From contig CM120641.1 of NCBI GenBank assembly GCA_051362555.1, positions 43,468,401-43,532,400 of the forward strand: DNA of 64,000 nt, given 5' to 3'. The translations under genes were made by a program, and so were the position numbers. Source of the stretch: Lingula anatina. Its lineage: Eukaryota; Animalia; Brachiopoda. Under the pieces are notes generated by a model, which was not told where the DNA came from, did not search any database, and was given only the letters and a program-made list of their open reading frames with translations. How positions within the stretch are numbered: position 1 is the stretch's first letter; each line of letters begins with the position of its first letter. This document shows, in pieces, positions 56,217 to 64,000 of this stretch.

Positions 56217-56611
56217 ACTAACAAATGGAGTCCACCTTTAATTTAACATTTCTTTGGTAAATGTTACTAAATCAATCTATATGTCATTTCTTTAAACATT
56301 AGACATCTTTAAAAGTATCATCCTCAGATGTATTTTACAAATCACAGGTAATGAAATACAAGTATATCACATTTGCCACACCTGTAAGTATCATAATATG
56401 TGCCTTGATCTAAGACATCCTCTGCACATGCCATACAAACAAACCGGCAGCTTAGCCAATTAACTTGGTCAATTAACTCGCCCATGATGCTGTTAACAAT
56501 GCAAAGACACCATAAAGAATGGGCCCAGCCAGGGTGTAATAAACATGGGGTCTGGGCTTTTTATGCATAGGACTAGATTTGGTCCGGGCCTTTGACATAC
56601 TGTATATATAG
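56217..56611. repeat. Solo right arm of the foldback element
   Basis: Matches 47733-48127; the left arm and interior are absent. Confidence 0.8.
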
Positions 56612-56704
56612 CCATGCTGGAGCTTCACTGACCCGGGGCAACATGTAAAACGGTTTCTTGGAAAACTGTAGATCTAAACTACCGTCTTCGGTGGCGTCGC
56701 TGTG

Positions 56705-56749
56705 ATTGGTCAGTTTGTTGAGAAGCTATCACTCAGTGCTGTGTATAAA
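56705..56749 (+). promoter_or_regulatory. Inverted CCAAT plus TATA core promoter of ZP copy 3
   Basis: ATTGG at 56705, TATAAA at 56744; nearly identical to the copy 2 promoter. Confidence 0.6.
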
Positions 56750-57305
56750 TTCACACGCAGCTTCCTGTGCCGTGTTGGGCAAGGAAAGGAGTGGCTTTAA
56801 TCTCTTTTTTTTTTGTATTTTGAGGATATTCGCAGATAATTCGAGTGTCAGACGGACCGGTAAAGAGGTAGGTTAAACTTGGTTTGAGGACTACTGTTGC
56901 CAGGAGGCTTCCTGCTCAAATATATTTCTTATAAGATGTATCCATCAAAGATTTTCATGGACACAAATAATAAGTGTATGCCAGGAACCACTCCCAATTA
57001 AATGGTTTTATGTGACACGCTTGAAATAGTGATTATTATTTTTTATAAAAATTAAACTTCGAAACCACGAACAAAGGCAAAAACAGTCATTCATTACCAT
57101 GTGACCAGCAAAATAAAAAAGTTATTTGGAGGAATCTCCGATAAAAATATGTCTAAGTGCCTGTAAAAACAAAGTTTGAAAAGAGACATATGGTTGTAAA
57201 TTTCTAAATGAAATTAAAAAAAAAAAAAAAAACGCCCGTTAGCAAATTAAACGCAGTTCCTTCCTAATAACATGAAATCGCGTTTCATTTCAGTTTCCAA
57301 GTACA

Positions 57306-60300
57306 ATGAAGGTTGCTGCAGCTCTTTGGGTAATATGAATATTTTGTCTTTTTTTGCTCGTCATAAATCTGCACAACACTTTGGTCAGCATCTGGGAAAC
57401 AGACGTGGTTTATGGCAGCTATTATTAATTAAATGTAGGATCTATACGCTGTGTTAATTAACTTACAAATATATTAAAATAATTGCTTAATATTTAGTAT
57501 GGCTATCACACGTTGGCATCAGGTCATTTTTTAAACATTGGGTAAACTATTATTTTATTATTTTAGTGTCTCCAAGTTTATTTGGCTGTCTTTATTCTTG
57601 ACACGACCAACTCATCTGGTAAGTCTCTCTCTCTCTCTCATACGTCTATCCTAAAACTAAAAAATCATGCTTGGAATTTTCATAACGCACTGACAGTCAG
57701 TGACTCATTCGGGAAATTAAGAATCTGTTCAAGTTATATGATCCCCCTTAGGTTCTCCTCTCCACTCCATACACTTCTCTAGATGCGCAAATGAAGACTG
57801 TGCAGTGCTACGTTTTACCGATTTAAATAGGACGTCCTATTCCTTCTTGATCTTCATATCAAATTCTCACTGACAATAATCTTTTTGGGAACCAATTTTC
57901 TCGACATGAGTGAGACGTGAAGAAAGTTTGACATAAATGAAGCATTCGGTCTAAATTTCAGAGCATCTCATCTCTAGCTCTTCTTCAGAGTGGACAGAAA
58001 ATGTTTAAATCAATAGAAAAAAAGCAATTATTTCTATTAAATCTACTTCAGCCACCTATCGCTGCGGAGTGAGCCCAAATGAAGTGATAATAGTCGTAGT
58101 AAACGACGCTAATTACGCGAACACGTACATCGCGGATTATAAAGATGACCCCAACTGTCAACCAAAGTTTATTGGCTCACAATCAAACTGGACTCATGCG
58201 ACATTCACACTGGCAGAAAACTCCTGTGGAATGACATCATCGGTAAAGTGTTTCTCTTCTAGCAAAATCTAAGGGTGGATTCAGAATATAATATCCGAGT
58301 ATCAACAGGTCCAAGGCTAAAATATGGCCTACCTTACTTGAAAGGAAGACCACTGCAATGGTTTTTCCGACTCTCACACGCCTCCCCACGCATTTGGTCG
58401 ATTGGAACCGAGATTTAATTATTGTGCCCCTGCAGGGACGACGCGTGGGAAGGCGTGTGAGAGGTGGAATGACCATAAGAGGATTAAGTGCTCTTCCTTT
58501 CATGTAATGTCTGCCATATTTGAGTCTTGGAACAGTTGATACTCGGATCTTCTATTCTAAATGACCCCTTAGCCCGCATTCAAAACAGAAGTTGATCTGC
58601 GGACTAAAATATCTGTGGATCCAATATGGCCGAATGAAATAAAGCGGCAAGCTTTCAAGTGGGTCGGCCATATTATATTGGTGATGTGTTAGTCCGCGGG
58701 TCAACTTATCATGAATGCCCCCTTACTTTAGCTGCTGCTTGTAGAAGTAATTGTTGTAACTTTATGTAGCAATGTTACTCCAAACTTTCGACGGTATTTA
58801 TCGCAAATCATATTGCTGTGACAAGGTTACGTTGACATAAGAGCAGGTTATACACAAAGAACGGGTGCTGTACAAGTCTTGGAGAATTTTTGAGTTAGCG
58901 GTGGCTCTGTGTTGCCTGTAAAAGTGCGTGTTACAACTTGTTTCATTTACAAATGAAGTAGAGGTTATATCGTTTCTATAATTGTAGCTATGAGTACAAT
59001 ACTACATTTTTCCTTTTTGTTAAAGTAAAAAAAGACTGGTACATAATGCAAAATTCATTTCAGGGCGGACGCGACCTATGGACCGTTTTAGCGACAGAGA
59101 ATTCCCGCATAGAACAACACACTGATGTTGAATTCGCCACGACTCCGGGCTGCGACTTCACTGGAGACGAGACAGTTTTTGTGGAAATAACTTCTGTTCG
59201 CGTGCAGAACATGTACGTACATATTGTTTTTTTCTTTTTGAAGATTAATGTTAAAATTGTGAATGCAAAATATTACGATTCATTTTCTTTTCAACATTCA
59301 AATTTTTATTAGGCAACTGCAAATATTTAGTTACAAACCCCAAAAGATGAATTTGAAATATAAAAAAAAGGGGCCAATTATACTACAATTATGGTGGACG
59401 CAATGCTTTTAAATGATCCTTTTTCTCATGTGGTTTGAGAAATGCCTTTATAATAAGTGTGAATATCTAGCGACCGATGATAACCGTTAGCAATGAACTG
59501 ACCATGATGTATTAGTAAATGGTTTTGGGATTTGGGCTTTGCCGAGATCTTCAAGTTTTTAGGGCTTAAAAAGCAACATACTGGTATTAAACACCTCCAA
59601 AGTCAACTATTGCATAACATTATGACAGAAGTTTTAGTCCAACAGAACACGCATTTCTAAATAAATTATTAGCTAAAAGCTTGGATTTGCCAAGATGGTC
59701 TGATAGTTTGGCAGATTGATACCGACGAGAATTCTGTATAATTTAAGTAAGATGTAATTTTAACATCTTATGAACTCGTCTCCATGAGGCTAAAATACAG
59801 TTAAACCATATTTACCATGATTCCATGCTTGAGCAGCGGCTGATATATCGCATATTACTTCGTATTTAGATTTGTTTGTTTTTAATTGTGAAAGTTATAA
59901 AATCTTAGCTGTTTATCTTAAGTGCTTATCTGCAATGACCATGAATGCATATGTTTGGACATAGATAAATGTGGGTCACCAGTATAATTCATCAGAATTA
60001 TTTGCAAGCCAAGAATATGCGGTATAACTCTTCATTAGGCCTACATCAATATGCAATTGCGTGCCTTGCTAAAGCAAATATTGAAAAATTGTTGCATAGT
60101 CATGATGTTTATTTATGGGAAATATTATGTCCTTTACAATAGCTATATTTGAGATTTTATTGTATTTTGTTTTTGTTTTTTATCGCATCAATTTGAAAAC
60201 ATTTTTTCTCTTTTATTTGCCAGAACGTTTTCACAAAGTGCTGCAAACCTTGTCGCGGAAACCGTTACCATGGTGATGAATCGAAATAGCGATGGCGCTG

Positions 60301-62377
60301 AGATCACAAGCTGTTACTTAGGCGAAAATGTTACGCTCTCGATGACTCTAGGAAAATCGAAAAGTAATTAATTGGTTCATTCGCAATGAAATAGTTTTTA
60401 TTGGGGATCACGATCTCCGTTTTTACAGAAAAATAAGTCAAAAGTAGCCCTCCACTTTAAAGCCTAAAATCTGTGTGGTAGACATTGGATTAAAATAAGA
60501 AATTGGGTCTGTAATCACCATAGAAGTGCTGGTCGACAGTTGACTTATTTAAATTGATCACTACAAAATTCTAGTGTGGAAGTGGTAAATATATTTCGGT
60601 CTTAAAGTAAATACGAAATTTGGTGCATATGTATGAGAAAAAAAGATGTTTCATTCTCTTTAATTGGAGATTTTTTGAGAATAGTAGACCGTTGAAAGAA
60701 AGATATTTCAAAATGTATTCTTATTTCTGAATATACAGATTGATTCATGAAGTGTTAGTTCTTATAAAAGTATCTCGTCTTTCTTTAATTAGCTGCAAAG
60801 GGTATAAAAGTGTTTGGATGTTATGCAAAACCTACGAAAAGTTCAAATGAAACGTTTGCTCTTCTGGGTGATAACGGGTAAGTACATTTCTTTGAAGTTT
60901 AATATGAAACAAAGCAATCCTAATGTTTTTCTGAGCTACTGTTACATCAATTAAAAGGTTTTTTAATTAAGTTACTCGACTTGCCTGCACATAACATTTA
61001 ATGCTGTTTTTTGTAAGTCATTACTATTCAAGTTTTTTTTTCATTCTGGGAAGGGGTCACGTGGGTATTGAGTTTGTTGTCTCCGAACCCACAGTACACA
61101 TTAATGTATGATTGGATCACTTACAGATACTTATAGGACTGATATCGATAACATTTTTTTTTTCACACCAGGTGCCCCGAAGACAATCGGTTCATTTCTG
61201 ATCCATTCCATGCCTATAGGGGTTATTTTACATCTGGTGGATTCCGTTGTTTCAAATTCCCAGAGTCGACCACCTTGTATTTCACCTGTGCGATAGGGTT
61301 TTGCAGCACGGATGATGATTCAAGGTGTATATCGGTAAATATTTTATATACCTTTACGTGTGTGTGTAGAAACCTTCACGTCTATTCAAAAACTAGTAGG
61401 TATTCAAGAACTCTAACTATTGGGTTTAATGCTATAGTTTCCCAAAATTTTTGCTATGGTCAAATAAATTTCTTAATTTGTCAATCCCTACACGAATAAC
61501 CCTCACCTTGAGAGACTCGTGCAGACTCGATTTTATTCCTTTCGACTGCCTATTTGGACTTGATGATTAGCACTTTCTTTAATGGTTATTGTCTTTCGTG
61601 TTATTGAAAGATACAGATGACTATTATTGACTGTTTAAGACTGTTTTAACAACATTTGATCAATTTCACAGGGTCCTAGCAGGTGTTCTATTGACGGCAG
61701 AAATAAAAGATGGGTGACTGGCGAAGGGCAAAAATCGCCAAAGACGCCTCGCGTTGACGTCATCAACTCCCCGTACCAGCCGGAGACAGAGAACCACTAC
61801 CCGATAAATTTAGAAGTTTCAGTCATCACATTACCGGAGGAAAACCCTTTTAGTAATAACAAAGGTAACTATTACACGAGTAAAATTTGAGTGGCGTTCA
61901 AATTACGAAAAAGAAAATCAAATTGATTTTTTGAAAAAAGAAAATACCGTTTTAAAAAGTTATTAAAAACTTTCCGAGAAATATCGGAAGGTCGAACTTC
62001 GCTTCATTCGTAGTAATAACCTTATTTAAGATATCTAGTTTAATAATGATATATATTTAGTTTTAGTTTTAATATCATTTAAAATAAGTGGCGTATTTTT
62101 GTCAAAAAGGCTCCTCACGACAAATGTAACTTAATCATTTTATATATGCACTTTCGTTTCAGAAAAAATGGAGGTGCCAAAAGCCATGAAATCAACAATT
62201 TTTACAGTGACGACTATTGCCCTGGCGTGTCTGTTTCTGGCTGCGGTCGCAACTGTTATCATCGTACCTCTCCGAATGTTAAAATTGCGCCGTCAACTGA
62301 GAAACTCCACTCAGCTGCATCCTGACGCCAGTTTCAACACTCCTGTTCACATTCCAGTCACTATTCTCAGACCTTAA
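57306..62377 (+). CDS. ZP-module transmembrane protein, copy 3 (403 aa)
   Basis: Coding exons 57306-57329, 57567-57618, 58052-58242, 59064-59212, 60224-60363, 60793-60877, 61172-61334, 61672-61864, 62163-62377; intact, with a divergent distal ZP-C. Confidence 0.9.
58273..58722. mobile_element. Same MITE pair in copy 3
   Basis: Colinear with 49799-50255. Confidence 0.65.
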
Positions 62378-63781
62378 TAAGATTATACTGCAATTTGTAA
62401 TGTAATCCATATATTTGAGTCACAAAAAAGATATATCTAAATAAATAAAGGAATGGCAGGTAAAATATTGAAACACGTTCTTGTTAACATTGACTTTCAC
62501 GGGATTAGATCGGGACCAAGGTGATTTTGAGTCGTGATGCACACGAACTATCTATTAAAGTGCTGGCGACATTCTCTCAGTTCGACTGAATGTTAATATT
62601 TCTGTGACTGTGACAAGTCACGGTCTGTATAGTGTTGAGTGCACTGCGGCACAACCCCCTCCCCACAAAATAAATAAATAAATGAATAAAAAGGTGTAGA
62701 TAGCAAATTTCTAAAACTGCGCACTGCACGTATTTCAAACTAATTTACACCGGTTGTTTGGACCTGAATGAAAATATTAAAAAAACGTGGTCTTTTTGGT
62801 ACACGTGCCCACTAACGATGACAGAATAAAGTAAGACCGAAAGTTGGTACACACTTGTTTATAGCACAAAAAATTATTCTATTTTAAAGCAAACATAAGT
62901 AGCCCCTATTGAGCCATTGATGTGAAATGATCCGCCTTTGTTTTGAAAATGTACTTTAAGCGAAGAAGTGTTTTGCCCAAGCCGGTGTGACGAAACTGAG
63001 CAGGGTCCGTGTAACAGAGAATCCATTCTCCCTTTCTTTATGGAAGTTGGGGTTAGCCTGACTGAAAAATATAAAAATTTAAATCTAAAGCTTTGCACGA
63101 TTATTAATAAAAAAAAAAAAATGATAATAAAAGCACCGATTCCAAGTCAACTATTCTTCGAATTTCTGCCATAATCTACTTACATTATACATCACCATAT
63201 CTTACGATTAGGAATTTAAAAGAAAAATTAAAGAATTTAAAGTATTTAAACCAGAAAAACACTCAAAGAAAACAAATCTCTAGCAAGGCAGCTCAGTTCT
63301 TCTTTTTCTTCTTCTTCTTAGTAGTAGTAATCCTGGACTAATTAGTTGATAAATCAACTCAATTTTCAATATCATTAATAATTAATTTATCCACTAATTG
63401 ATAAGTTAAACACTGATAATTATCAATCAAATAACTAATTAAAATTAATAAACTAATCTAATGATTAAAACATCTAGCCCATTTCTCTCCAGAAATTTTA
63501 TCAAATTCCCTCCACAGCTTTTTGCATAATGTTGCTAACAGACAAAGAGATTTAATTAATTACCTAAAACTGCAAATCTACTCGTTTGTTACTTGATTTG
63601 CTCTCGATAGTGTGTGAAAAAAACTAGGAAAATCCTTCCACAACTTTTTTCTAAAATGTTGTTAAGAGACAAACGCAGGTAATGAAAGATTACTTAAAAC
63701 TACAATCCAATTTTCTCACCGATCCAATTACGACGACGATCTGAGCTCATGACAATGGCCCCATTCAGAATAGGTGACTAA

Positions 63782-64000
63782 GGCTGTATTCCCAGAGCTT
63801 TTAGATCGATCTATCCCCGCGGGGAGTCTTACTAGATTACTGTCAGATAATCCGGCTTAAATGTCCGTCCCGCCTACTACAAGCTGTAAGGGGGTAGGCC
63901 TATATAACTTTCGTGTCCGCCCGGCTGACAGCTATATGGCGTGAACCCCCAGGGAGTTAGGTCGATCTAAAGTAGATCGATGTAATCTCTGGTAATGGGG
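63782..64000. mobile_element. MITE family 1 copy, cut by the window end
   Basis: Highly similar to 3898-4110. Confidence 0.75.

Overview
AT-rich, intron-containing animal genomic DNA, probably a marine invertebrate (lophotrochozoan-like repeats; the species cannot be determined from sequence alone). I reconstructed five spliced genes by hand. (1) HIF1AN/FIH-1, the asparaginyl hydroxylase, on the minus strand: 8 exons, 342 aa, one GC-AG intron. (2) A neuropsin (Opn5-like) opsin on the plus strand, head-to-head with HIF1AN about 1.2 kb away: 6 exons, about 404 aa. (3-5) Three tandem, intact zona-pellucida (ZP) module genes, each with signal peptide, ZP-N, ZP-C, furin site, external hydrophobic patch (EHP) and transmembrane helix. 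The ZP array is the most interesting part. The middle copy looks like a crossover chimera (5' half of copy 3, 3' half of copy 1), and differences between paralogs in two exons are almost all amino-acid changing while every cysteine is kept. The rest is mobile DNA: four HINE/Helentron-like elements carrying 161-bp and 337-bp tandem arrays, a decayed Tc1 element, a LINE endonuclease fragment, a foldback-like element and many MITEs. No prokaryotic features, CRISPR arrays, rRNA or tRNA were seen. All alignments and counts were done by eye.
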